Source: Entomortierella parvispora E1425
Taxonomy: Eukaryota > Fungi > Mortierellomycota
Assembly (NCBI GenBank): GCA_020891255.1
Contig: BQFW01000013.1
Coordinates: forward strand, 1,302,001 to 1,366,000
Direction of reading: 5' to 3'
DNA length: 64,000 bases
The translations under genes were made by a program, and so were the position numbers. Below the pieces are notes generated by a model. It ran no database searches. It worked only from the letters and a program-made list of their open reading frames with translations, and was not told the origin of the DNA. This document shows, one piece after another, positions 1 through 10,781 of this stretch (positions are counted from its first letter, which is position 1; every line of letters starts with the position of its first letter).

Positions 1-823
1 ACTCGTCTGCCGAGCTTCGTTTCCGTCGGATCACTCCAGACTGTTTATCGTACAAGATCGCTTCAGATTTTGTCCTGGACTGTGTCACAACCTTTGGTGG
101 AAACTGATACGAAAGATCGAACAGGATCTCTGCGACCATCATCTCCAGTTGTTCGAGCACCCACTCGCGAGGTTGCAGTCTTGTCTCCATGAAGTCGACG
201 TGATCGCCATTTTGAGAGGCAGGATGGGGAGGGATTGGTCTGTCAACCTGCAGCCTTGCCGGACCTGAGCAAAAAGTTCCTTGATCAAAGTTTTCGGATG
301 ACAAGAGAGATGGAAAGGGCGACGGCGGATATTCAGGACTGCTGCAGATTTCCGCCAGTTCAGACGAGGGGAAGGTCGACGTGCTAAACGACGAGGGGAA
401 GGTCGACGTGCTAAACGACCATGGTAATGCAGGCATTTGATCCGGTCTGTCAACATCTGACCAGCTGAAGCTATCAAAATCGTCCGTAGTGGAGGGCAGC
501 CTCATGTCCCATTCACCAAAAGAGTGGATACATTCGTGGTCATCGACATCCTCCTGGTTGGAGACTAGATCATCCTCCACGATGGTACTGCTGATTCCAG
601 AATACTGGGATTTCTGCCCGTCAGTGTAAAAATCGTCATCAAACAGCATCTCAGATGGAAAGTCGGGCAAGATCTGGAAACCTGAAGATGAAGGCCCATG
701 GCAAATTGGTGTGAGTGGGTCAGTTGCTGGTTTGATAATTTGGCCTCCATCTAGGTCAAACTCTAGACTGAATTCATCGGATTGTAACGGAGGGACTTCA
801 TTGTCAGTGGAGAAAGCAGGCAT
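1..823 (-). CDS. 5' part of a gene running off the window start; acidic N-terminal extension followed by a segment resembling the Spo11/Top6A N-terminal region (tentative)
   Basis: Stop-free minus frame from ATG 823 to the window edge (absent from the ORF track because it has no stop): MPAFSTDNEV...RLQPREWVLEQLEMMVAEILFDLSYQFPPKVVTQSRTKSEAILYDKQSGVIRRKRS. The helix plus 'YD..SG.IR' pattern recalls fungal Spo11 N-termini; the catalytic Tyr and TOPRIM domain are outside the window. Confidence 0.4.
   Translation of the reverse strand, partial: MPAFSTDNEVPPLQSDEFSLEFDLDGGQIIKPATDPLTPICHGPSSSGFQILPDFPSEMLFDDDFYTDGQKSQYSGISSTIVEDDLVSNQEDVDDHECIHSFGEWDMRLPSTTDDFDSFSWSDVDRPDQMPALPWSFSTSTFPSSFSTSTFPSSELAEICSSPEYPPSPFPSLLSSENFDQGTFCSGPARLQVDRPIPPHPASQNGDHVDFMETRLQPREWVLEQLEMMVAEILFDLSYQFPPKVVTQSRTKSEAILYDKQSGVIRRKRSSADE
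364..417. repeat. Perfect 27-bp tandem duplication (in frame, SFSTSTFPS x2)
   Basis: acgaggggaaggtcgacgtgctaaacg at 364-390 and 391-417. Confidence 0.95.
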
Positions 824-1128
824 TTGGCATGGAGTGGAAGGAGTGGAAGGAGTGGAAGAAGGAGCTAAAAGTCTAAAACTGGTTCAGCAGGAATTGTTTT
901 TTTTTTTTTTTTTTTTTGGTGATATTTGAAGTTTATTGTACATGGTAGATATGATGAGAAATGATGCTGGGAGGGAAAGAATGGAGGCAAAAAAGTCGTC
1001 TATGGGTAAAAAAAATTAAAAAGTCATCAAGGATTCGTTATGCATTTGTCCTGTAGGCGATGTCTCTCGTTCCTTCATTCGATCCGGCTCGTTTGCTGGG
1101 ATGTGTGGGAGGTGTAAACCTGTGGTGT

Positions 1129-4100
1129 TTACTCGTAGTCGCTCATGGGTGGGCAAGAGCAAACCAAGTTGCGATCACCATAGCTGTCATCGATGCGGGA
1201 GACAGTGGGGAAAAGCTTGAACTTGTGGAGGTAAGGCAAGGGGTAGGCGGCCTGGAGACGAGAGTAGGTCTTGTTCTTCCAGAACTCGTCATCCTTCATC
1301 AAGACAGCCAAGGTGTGGGGAGCGTTGTTGAGGACGTTGTCCTTCTGGGGCTGCTTTCCATCCTGGACGTCCTGAATCTCAGCACGGATAGCAATCATGG
1401 CATCGCAGAAGCGGTCAAGCTCTTCCTTGCCCTCAGATTCAGTGGGCTCAATCATGAGAGTGTTAGGCACGGGCCAAGACATGGTAGGCGAATGGAAGCC
1501 ATAATCCTGGAGACGCTTGGCAATATCAATAGCCTCGACACCGACAGAGCCGAAGGGACGGATGTCGATGATGAACTCGTGGGCGCACATGCCGTTCTCG
1601 TTGGTGAAGAGGACCTTGTAGTGCTTGCCAAGGCGGTGGGCCATGTAGTTGGCGTTCAAGAGAGCAATCTCAGTGGCGTTCTTGATTCCCTCACCTCCCA
1701 TCATCTTGACATAGGCCCAGGAGATGGGCAAGATCGAAGCCGATCCGTGGGGAGCAGCAGAGATGGGTCCAATGGCCTTCTCTCCTCCAGTCTTGAGGAC
1801 AGGATGGCCGGGAAGGTAAGGAGCCAAGTGAGACTTGACACCAATGGGTCCCATACCAGGTCCTCCACCTCCGTGAGGGATGCAGAAGGTCTTGTGCAAG
1901 TTCAAGTGGCAAACATCAGCGCCAATGTGGCCAGGAGAAGTCAATCCAATCTGGGCGTTCATGTTGGCACCGTCCATGTAAACCTGACCTCCGTTCGAGT
2001 GAATGATCTCGCAAGCATCAGAAACAGTGTCCTCGAACACACCAAAGGTCGAAGGATAGGTAACCATGAAGGCAGAGAGACGGTCAGAGTACTTGGCAGC
2101 CTTGGCCTTCAAGTCGGCAAGATCCAAGTTTCCGTTGGCCAAGCACTTGACAGGGACAACCTCCATGCCGGCCATGGCAGCGGAAGCAGGGTTGGTACCG
2201 TGAGCAGAGACAGGGATCAAGCAAACGTTACGCTTGCTGTCGCCACGACCCTCGTGGTAAGCACGAATGGTACGGAGACCAGCATACTCGCCCTGAGCAC
2301 CCGAGTTGGGCTGGAGCGAGACATCATCGAATCCAGTGATCTCGGCCAAGTCACGGCGGAGCTCCTTGAGCATGATTTGGTAACCCTCAGTCTGGTTATC
2401 GGGAGCGAAAGGGTGGATGTTTCCGAGCTCAGGCCAGGTGACGGGGATCATCTCCGTGGTGGCGTTCAACTTCATGGTGCAGGAACCGAGAGGGATCATG
2501 GAGTGAGTCAAAGAGAGATCCTTGTTCTGGAGGCGGTAGATGTAACGGAGCATCTCGGTCTCAGAATGGTAAGAGTTGAAGATCTTGTGGGTCAGGTAGT
2601 CCGAGGTACGGGTGAACTTCTCGCTCAACTTGGCGGGGCTAGTCTCGGAGATGTTGAGCTTCTGGGCAATGCTGAGAAGATCGGGAGTAGCGGCACCATC
2701 CTTGGTGAAGACCTTGATCAAGTTGTCAAGATCAGCCTTGTTGCAGGATTCGTCAAAGGTGACACCGACGGTCTCGGCATCGAACTGACGGACGTTGATT
2801 CCGGCAGCAAGAGCCTTCTTGACCAAGTTGTCGGCACCACCCTGGACCTTGATGGTCAAGGTATCAAAGAAGTGCTCGTTCTCCACCTTGTGGCCAGCCT
2901 CACGGACACCCTCGGCGAAAACGGCAGTCATGCTGTGGATACGCTCAGCAATTTGCTTGATGCCAGCAGGTCCGTGATAAACAGCGTAAAGAGCGGCCAT
3001 GTTGGCGAGGAGAGCCTGAGCTGTGCAAATGTTGGAGGTGGCCTTCTCACGACGAATGTGCTGCTCGCGAGTCTGGAGAGCAAGACGGAAGGCCTTGTTG
3101 CCCTGAGAGTCCTTGGAGACACCAACAAGCCGACCGGGCATTCTGCGCTTGTGCTCATCCTTGCAGGCAAAGAAAGCAGCGTGGGGACCACCATATCCCA
3201 GAGGAACACCGAAACGCTGGGAGTTTCCAAGGGCAATATCAGCACCCCACTCACCAGGAGGGGTCAACATGGTTAAGGCCATCAAATCAGTGGCAGCGAC
3301 AACCTGGGCACCGTATCCATGGATCTTCTCAGCAAAGCCCTTGTAGTCAGAGACGTTTCCGCGGGTGTCGGGATACTGTTTGAGGATGCAATTGGGGTTA
3401 GTTGTCGTCTCTTTGACTGTCACATGTATTGTTGACTTTTTTTTTCCGAGTTCTCCTTTTTTGCTCCCTTTGTGTCTCTGTGTTCACTGTGCTCACCTGG
3501 ATCAAAACACCAGCCATCTCGCCCTTGATAGACTCAAAGTCAAAGTCGCGGTGGTTTCCAACAACAACCTTGATGTTGAAAGCCTCAGCACGGGTCTGGA
3601 CGCAGGAGATGGTCTGAGGGTGGCAGTTCTCGTCAACGAAGAAAGTGCTCTTCTTGCGGTTGGTGGCGGACCAGCACATCAACATGGCCTCAGCAGCAGC
3701 AGTACCCTCATCCAAAAGCGAGGCATTGGCAATGGACATGCCAGTAAGATCCGTGACCATGGTCTGATAGTTAAGAAGGGACTCCAAACGACCCTGGGCG
3801 ATCTCGGGCTGGTAAGGAGTGTACTGGGTGTACCTGCGAATATTGTTCAATTGCAATGAGGTAAGTATTTCATGTCCAAGTGCTCGTTTTGAGAATGACG
3901 ATGATTGATGCTGAGCATGGTGAGCCAGAGAATCCTTCCGCCCCCTCGCGTTTTTTCTCTTCCTTCCTTTGGTCCAGGCTCTCCTGGCGATGTCGTGTCG
4001 TTCAGTCAACTCGGAATCGCCTACGAGCATCCTTGTCCGTGTCAGAGTGATGTAGTCTATCAACAAAGACCTTTGCGTGTGCCTTTTTCTTTCTTTTTTC

Positions 4101-4716
4101 CCTTGCCTGGTCCTGTGTTGTGGCTTGCATTTGATGTTTCATTGATCATCCCCCAGGTTGGTTGTTTCTCCTAGGCCAAGTCTCCGCACCACAACGTCCT
4201 TGTTGTTGGGCAAAACCGAAATCTTTCCTCAAAATTAGCTTACCATCCGGGGTTCTCCATAACGTTGCGGAGAATGACATTGGGGACCACAACATCGGTG
4301 TATCCCATTCCGATATAGTTCTTGTAGAGCTTGTTCTTGGAGGCAATGTGCTTCAGGCGCTCGAGGACTTCTTTCTCTGTGAAACCGTGATCAAGGGCAA
4401 GGGCACGGGTGGATCGGATGCGATCGGGAATGGTCTTGCCAGTGAGTCCGTCCATATCCTTCAATCCGATGGCGCTCAACATCTCCTTGATCTCTCCCTG
4501 ACTGGGACCGTTGTGACGACGGACAAAGGTATCGAGGGGGGAGAAGACGGTTCTTGGTGGGGGCTTCTCGGTGTGAATGGATCTAAGAGCGGATCGGATC
4601 GAGAGAGAGGCGGCAGTGGGTCTGGAGATGAAGGAAGGGACGGCGGGGGTGGTGGCAACACGCTGGATGGTCGTTGCCAAGCGACGAGCGTTTCTCTGGG
4701 CGATGTTGGCAAGCAT
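1129..4716 (-). CDS. GCV2: Glycine dehydrogenase (glycine cleavage P protein), mitochondrial
   Basis: Three exons (4716-4244, 3833-3497, 3375-1129) with GT-AG introns. Motifs [27 protein letters not shown] (PLP lysine), PHGGGGPG; Arg/Ala-rich presequence. Confidence 0.98.
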
Positions 4717-6070
4717 GGCGTATGGCGTATGTATGTATGTGTATATATGATTAGAGTATGATATGGGAGGGTGCCGAGAAGAATACAGGAGGAAGAGAAA
4801 GAGGAGGAGATGAGAACGAGTGAAGAAACAAGGCGATGAAATGAGACCTTGGCCTATTTGAAGGGGGAGGAGGGAGGAGGAGTGGAGAGAGGAAACAGAG
4901 GAAGCAGCGGGAGAGCGTGAGGAGAAGAGGAAAAAGAAGAAAAGAAGGAAAGAAGAGAGGCGATTGCGGTTTATGAAGGAGCAGGAAGAGCAAACGTGAG
5001 CGAGTCAGAGGAGCGAAGGAAGGTGTTTGTTACGGATCTGTTTCTGCCTCTGCTCCTCCTGCAGCCGAAGGAGGGAGACAACCATTGGTATCCGGACACC
5101 CATTCCACTGTGTCAAGAAGTATAAAAAAAAAAGATGAACGCCCGCTTCCACCGTGCCAAATATCGAAAAAAAAGTTTAATTTCTACAACAACGTGTCCC
5201 AGCACTCGCTGCATGCGATTTGTGCGAGATTCCTCTCTGCCTCGTCCTACGTCTGCACGCCTATGGTCTGATCTGTCTCGTCGACCAGGGGCCTGCTTGC
5301 CTGCCTTGATGGGAGAAGGCCGGTAGGCTAACTACCCCTTCTAGACTTCAGACAGAATGAGCATGTGTATATTCACGCCCTTCCTTGCATGTTTCTTTCT
5401 CGCCTTCTCTTCCCTTCATCTGTTGTCTCAATCGCTGTCGGTCTTCTTTCGCCCTGATTTTTTCGTTATGTTTCCAGCAAAAAAAAAAAAAAAAAAATTC
5501 GACTCGGTGGAATCAAAAATGTACACGTGACTGGTGGAAGGGAAAATTAGGAGACGCTTTTGCCCGTTCGCGAATGATTCCCCACCATTGTTGACCCTCC
5601 ACTCTCGGAAGAGCGCCACTTGTGGACACCACCTATTCTCAATTGGATTGGGTCTCGAGCAGTCTCGCAGGCTGGCCTCACTACTACTTCAAGGGGCCGC
5701 GCACTGTCCACCAAAAGCCAAACACCTAGGGTACGTGTTTCTTGTAAAAAAAACTCTTTTCTCCACACCACTGGCACTCCCTGCTGCTTCCGAACTATGA
5801 ACCTCTACACTTTCTCCCTACAAAAAACCTTCGTCACTATTGATTTTGGTGGCGCTGCCCTCTTACATGGACACAGACTTAAACATCAACGGTCTCAACC
5901 TCATGTAAGAAAGTCTGTTGTGGATCAAAAAAACGTGGTATTTTTTTTTCTGTTCCCCTTTCATTCTGCCCCCCTTTGCATTGTTGGTAGCTCATTGGCA
6001 AGATGTCCATGAGATTTGCATATTATTGAGGAAGCTTTTACACCGAGGGTTGGTGCACAACTGGATTTGT

Positions 6071-7169
6071 TTACTCGTAGCCAAGACTTTCCAGGAACGC
6101 ATCTGTACACCTTGAGCATTGGGCAAAGTTTCTGTCAAAGCCTCCCTGGGGCCCGTAATAAGGGTCCTTGATGATGCGGTCACCCTTGGGGTCAAATGTG
6201 CCAAACATTTTCACTATTGATAGAAACAAGTTGACAAGGGGATAACAAACAATGTTGGCAAAGCTGAGCACGAGTGATTCGCAGGAAGCGAAGTAAAGAC
6301 CTCTCCTCACTCCTTGGCCCTTGTGGAACGCCGATTATGCAAAAACATCGACTGATGGTGTTGCTTGTGAAAATGCAGAAGACCGGAGAGCGCCAACACT
6401 CTCACAGCGCAAAGACTACACAATGCAGCCCATTTTTTTTTCCATGCTCACACTGCAGGAACAAGATTTGTGCTTACTTGTAGCTGTGTATCCCTTGGGA
6501 GCCATGTCTTTAAGATCCCGCAAGTTTTCCTCGTCCATGCAGAGAATATAATCGTATTTAGTAAAATCATCAGCAGAGACCTGGCGAGCTCTATGCTTCA
6601 CGGGTACTCCATTTTTGCGGCACGTTTCTGCTGATCGGGCATCTGGACTAGCTCCCACCTACGAGTTCAGATGAAGAGAGTGGATCATAAGTACACCATC
6701 ACTCAAGGAATCGGACCTACAGATAAGCGGCGAACCAAGTCTCCAAGAGCGGGACAAGAGCATGAGGGAACATGTGCTGAAGGCGTGTTCTACCCCAAGA
6801 GAGCCTCAGACTTGTCCCGGTCTTCTCCCGGGCGAGGGCGAACAACAGAGAGCAGTTTTTATGTAATACCAGAACATTGGACTGGGAAGAGTCTGACTTA
6901 CATGATACGAGGCTGTTCCGGCACTGTCGATATCGAACTCTGCGCTGAGTCCACGCTTTTCTACAGTATGCTTGAACACAGCTTCAGCCCTGTTGGTAGT
7001 GAATAAATGGTGAAAGGATGAGCATGGAAGATCAGGTAAGCGAATTCAGTGGCTGAAGAATGAATCGAAGAAGGGTATGAATGGAGTGAGTAACACAAGA
7101 AGAGGAATCGTACATGGGAGATCTGCAGATGTTCCCGAGGCAGACAAAGAGGACACTGGTGGCAGGCAT
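6071..7169 (-). CDS. LTP1: Low-molecular-weight protein tyrosine phosphatase
   Basis: Spliced exons give [24 protein letters not shown] (CX5R loop), DSAGTASYH, YILCMDEENL and DPYYG. Confidence 0.96.
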
Positions 7170-7874
7170 GGTGGGCAGTACGAAAGGAAGTTGGATGGAG
7201 AATGAATGAAGAAGAGATGGTAAGAAGGGTGCTCAACCGTGTGAAATATGTACCAGGACCCCAAACAAAACGGGGGACAACCTTGCTTTGCACTCACTGC
7301 TCCTTCCTCGGTTGGGCAACCTAATTGTACAAGTCTGTGAATCAAGAGGACTCGCCAAACTTGTTGGTGCGGCAGTCTGCTGGCAATGCAAGTTTTCTTT
7401 GCCCGTCTCAGGCGCCTGACGCTTCTTTTGCCACCACTGACAGATTCGCGCTAGCCTCTGCATTGTTCCGGCTCGGGTTGTGTTGTTGTCTGCATGTCTT
7501 GCCCCTTGTTGCCTCTTCCCGCGACTCTTGGTACCCTGCAGCCTGTGGTTTTGTGGTGCTCCCGATGGTTACTTGATTCCTGAAGGCTATGCCACGTTTT
7601 CCCCCTTGAATATTGTCGAATCAGATCACTGCCCTGGAGAGATGAAAACAATACACGCCACCAAAATTATCTATTCTTGTGGTGGCGCAAGAACGTGGCT
7701 GTGCAAGCAATGGCTCGACATGGACCAGGTGTGGCAGTGTGCTTGACCAGCATCGCCCATGCTCGCTGCGCTAGAATGTGACTTGAGAGCGTATGCCTCA
7801 TTGCTTTCAGTGTGCCCTATGGTACAATTTATTTCTAGTCTACATGAATGGTGGTATTGGTGATCTTACTATGC

Positions 7875-8735
7875 CTATAGCTTGACAAACTTGGCTTGCA
7901 AAAACCTCCTGTCGATACTGATGTCCATAGCTCTATTGATTGTCTCACGGTGAACGTATTCGCACTCAACAGTGGTGAACCCTTCCTTCTCAAAAAGCTC
8001 CTGGATTTGTTCCTTGGAAAAGAAATGGGAGAGAGTTCCATCCTGACGGACATAGAGATTGGTATCCAATTTGTGGCCAGGGTTGGAACTGAACTTGACC
8101 TGTGCTGCATCGTACACAGCATAGTCTCTGAAGCAAAGCATGCCTCCGGACTTCATCACCTCCTTGATGTTCCTGACAGCTGCCTCAAGCTTCTCAGCAG
8201 GGATGGCAGAGAGAACAAAGATGGAAGAGACAACATCCAGCGAGCCGGCAGCGATAGTGTCTGTCAAGGGGTCTTTGGTCAAATCACAAACAAAGGCTTC
8301 GCAGCGTCCCTGAGCGTAATCATCATGCTTCTTGACCAGCTCGATCGCATGAGGGGCAAAGTCACAGGCGTACATGAACAAATGGGGGTTGCGCTCCAAG
8401 ACTGGAAAGATAAAGTTGCCGACGCCGCAGCCGACTTCGAGGCACTTCATTTGCTCTCCCTCATTGCTGTTCTCCTTGAATACAGTGAATTCGCGTTCAA
8501 TCCAATGTCTGTCCTTGTAGAATCGGGTCTCGTTGCGTTGATAGAAGCGGTTCCAGTTCTTGGCTGCTTCGTTCTTGTACTTGTTGACCCAAAAGGGTTT
8601 GATGGAGACATCCTTGTCAATGATCTGACGAGCGTACTCGAGCTTTTCGGGAGGGATGACAGATGGCTCGAGAGGCTGCAAGAGCTTCTCTTGACGAGCC
8701 TCGATGGGGGAGATTTCAACCTGGGGTTCGGCCAT
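7875..8735 (-). CDS. METTL6: tRNA N3-methylcytidine methyltransferase (METTL6/Trm140-141 family)
   Basis: ATG 8735. Motifs WNRFYQRNETRFYKDRHW, LEVGCGVGN, YACDFAPHA, IFVLSAI, FRDYAVYD. Confidence 0.92.
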   Translation of the reverse strand: MAEPQVEISPIEARQEKLLQPLEPSVIPPEKLEYARQIIDKDVSIKPFWVNKYKNEAAKNWNRFYQRNETRFYKDRHWIEREFTVFKENSNEGEQMKCLEVGCGVGNFIFPVLERNPHLFMYACDFAPHAIELVKKHDDYAQGRCEAFVCDLTKDPLTDTIAAGSLDVVSSIFVLSAIPAEKLEAAVRNIKEVMKSGGMLCFRDYAVYDAAQVKFSSNPGHKLDTNLYVRQDGTLSHFFSKEQIQELFEKEGFTTVECEYVHRETINRAMDISIDRRFLQAKFVKL

Positions 8736-8916
8736 TGATGTGGAGATGAATGATGAGAGAGCGAGCTGCATGCTGTCCCCAAAAAAAGGTAAACAACCGT
8801 GACTGCTGTTATTTTTTTCTTTTTTTTCTTTCTCTCCCTTCAAAGAGGCACGAACTCGCTCTGCGGCGCATGTCTCTCCATCCCCTATACCATTTCCATC
8901 CCTCCACGTCGCAATC

Positions 8917-10591
8917 ATGGACAAGAAGAACCAAAAGATGCCTCTCAAGTCGGCATTGAAGAAGACAAAGCCCGTCGAGACTGCCCCCGCTGCCTCGACG
9001 AAACGCAAACACTCTGCCGTCTCATCCGCGCCATCAGCCTCGACCAATGGAGCCAAGCGTGCCAAGCCCTCTGCCGCTGGCAACCAGAAGCCTCAGTCAA
9101 AGAACAACAACAATAACAAGAACACAAAGAATCAACAAAAACAAACCAACAACAACCAGAAGAAGAAGGGCGTGACCATCAGTGCTCCTCACAAGAAGGG
9201 AGCGTCTGTCACTTCGGGATCTGCCCCTGCCGCTGCAGCCAAGAAGGTTGTCAAGCCCAAGAAGGCTGAGGTCGTCCCTGAGGGAGCCTCGTTGGAAGAC
9301 TTTAGAATCGTTGCAGGAACATACGAGAACATCCTCTATGGTGTGGATGCTTACTGGAACGAGGTGAGCATTATGAGCGTTCATCAATTGACAAGGCACA
9401 AAGAGGCACATGGACTGCATTCGAAACATACTGATGTTGCATCGCATTTCCCTTTGTAGGATATGACCTTGAGACTGTCGCCTATTTTCATCTTTGCTGC
9501 CCATATCGGATGCATCAAGTCACTAGCAATCGGTGGAAACTTCTTGGCCTCAGGAAGCACAGACGAAAAGATCCAGTATGAATTTCGTCTCTTTGGAATT
9601 GCTTGTGTTGAATGGGAACCACCCTGTCTAACTGCCACTCACTCTATCTTATAGACTGTATGATCTCAAGCGCAGAAAGGAATTGGGAAACTTGCTTCAG
9701 CACCAGGGAACCATCACCTCGCTTACTTTCCACAACAAGACTCACATGCTCTCTGGATCTGATGACGGAAAAGTCTGTGTGTGGCGATCCAAGGATTGGG
9801 AGTGTCTCAAGAGCATGAAGGGTCACCAGGCTTCCGTCCACTCTATCGCTATTCACCCCTCGGGCAAAATTGCTCTCAGTGTCTCTGCGGATCATTCTGT
9901 TCGTCTCTGGAACTTGTTGTTGGGAAAGCAGGCCAGCATGACTCGTCTGCATGGTGAGGGCATGAAGGTCTGCTGGAACCCTAGCGGCACTGGATATGCA
10001 ATTCTGTTTGATCAGGAAGTTGGTATCTACGACATGGCAACAGCAAAATGTGTCCAGACGATCAAGCCAGCAAAGAAGACTCGCTTGAACTCGATGATCT
10101 ACTACAAGGATGAGTACTTGATTGTTGGATGCGAAGACAAGATGGTTCGCATCTACAAGACCGCCACTGGGGAGCTGGTCAAGACTTTGGCAGGACATGG
10201 AAACCGAATCAAGGATGTCGCTCTGGTCACTGTCCCCTACACCCCCGAGGAGACTTCAAACAAGGAATTTGTCGGCAAAGCCTCGACAAAAATGGTTGAT
10301 GTCCTCTCCAGTGTTTCTTCGGACGGCACCATTTTGCTTTGGAATATGGAGGATGTGATTGAGCATAAGGACTCTGAGGAGGAGAAGATCATGAAGAACC
10401 ACATTGGAGAGCACAAGACTGACATGCGTGTTACTTGCCTTGCTGTCCAAAAGGGTATCTGGAAGAATGTCAACTGCTCAGAGGCTGCCGGAGGAGCTGA
10501 AGATGATGAGGACAGTGAGGAAGAGGAGCTGGCCACTGCTGAGGCTTCAGCTTCGGAAGAGGATGAAGACGAAGAAGAGGATGACGAGTAA
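8917..10591 (+). CDS. MAK11: WD40 60S biogenesis factor (PAK1IP1/Mak11)
   Basis: IVAGTYENILYG, FAAHIGCIKSLA, LASGSTDEKI, several GH..WD-type repeats and an acidic tail; two introns near 9364-9459 and 9576-9653. Confidence 0.9.
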
Positions 10592-10781
10592 TTCGCCATG
10601 CTCTAGAGACATAATAAACCCATTCACTTTTGCATCATCCAACGAAAGAACCATTTTTTTTTTGTTTTGGTATTCATGTTTTATTTCCAGTACTGATTGG
10701 TAAACACTTCTTTTGTTCTGTATCTCTCGCTTCTTGCTCCCTCCTTCTCATGCGCCCCTCTCTTGTCGATTCCTTGGCAAC

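Noticed and set aside
1060-3276. 738-aa ORF antisense to GCV2
   Set aside because: It is the codon-aligned mirror of a strongly biased gene; biased codon use suppresses antisense stops. It has no recognisable motifs and ends near the sense exon boundary.
3834-4243. Regulatory RNA (riboswitch or snoRNA) in the 410-nt GCV2 intron 1
   Set aside because: No canonical box pair or convincing helix is visible by eye; length alone is not evidence.
7896-8738. 280-aa antisense ORF over METTL6, and similar shadows over the C2, RPL36, ADK2 and BNA5 genes
   Set aside because: Shadow ORFs of well-supported genes on the opposite strand.
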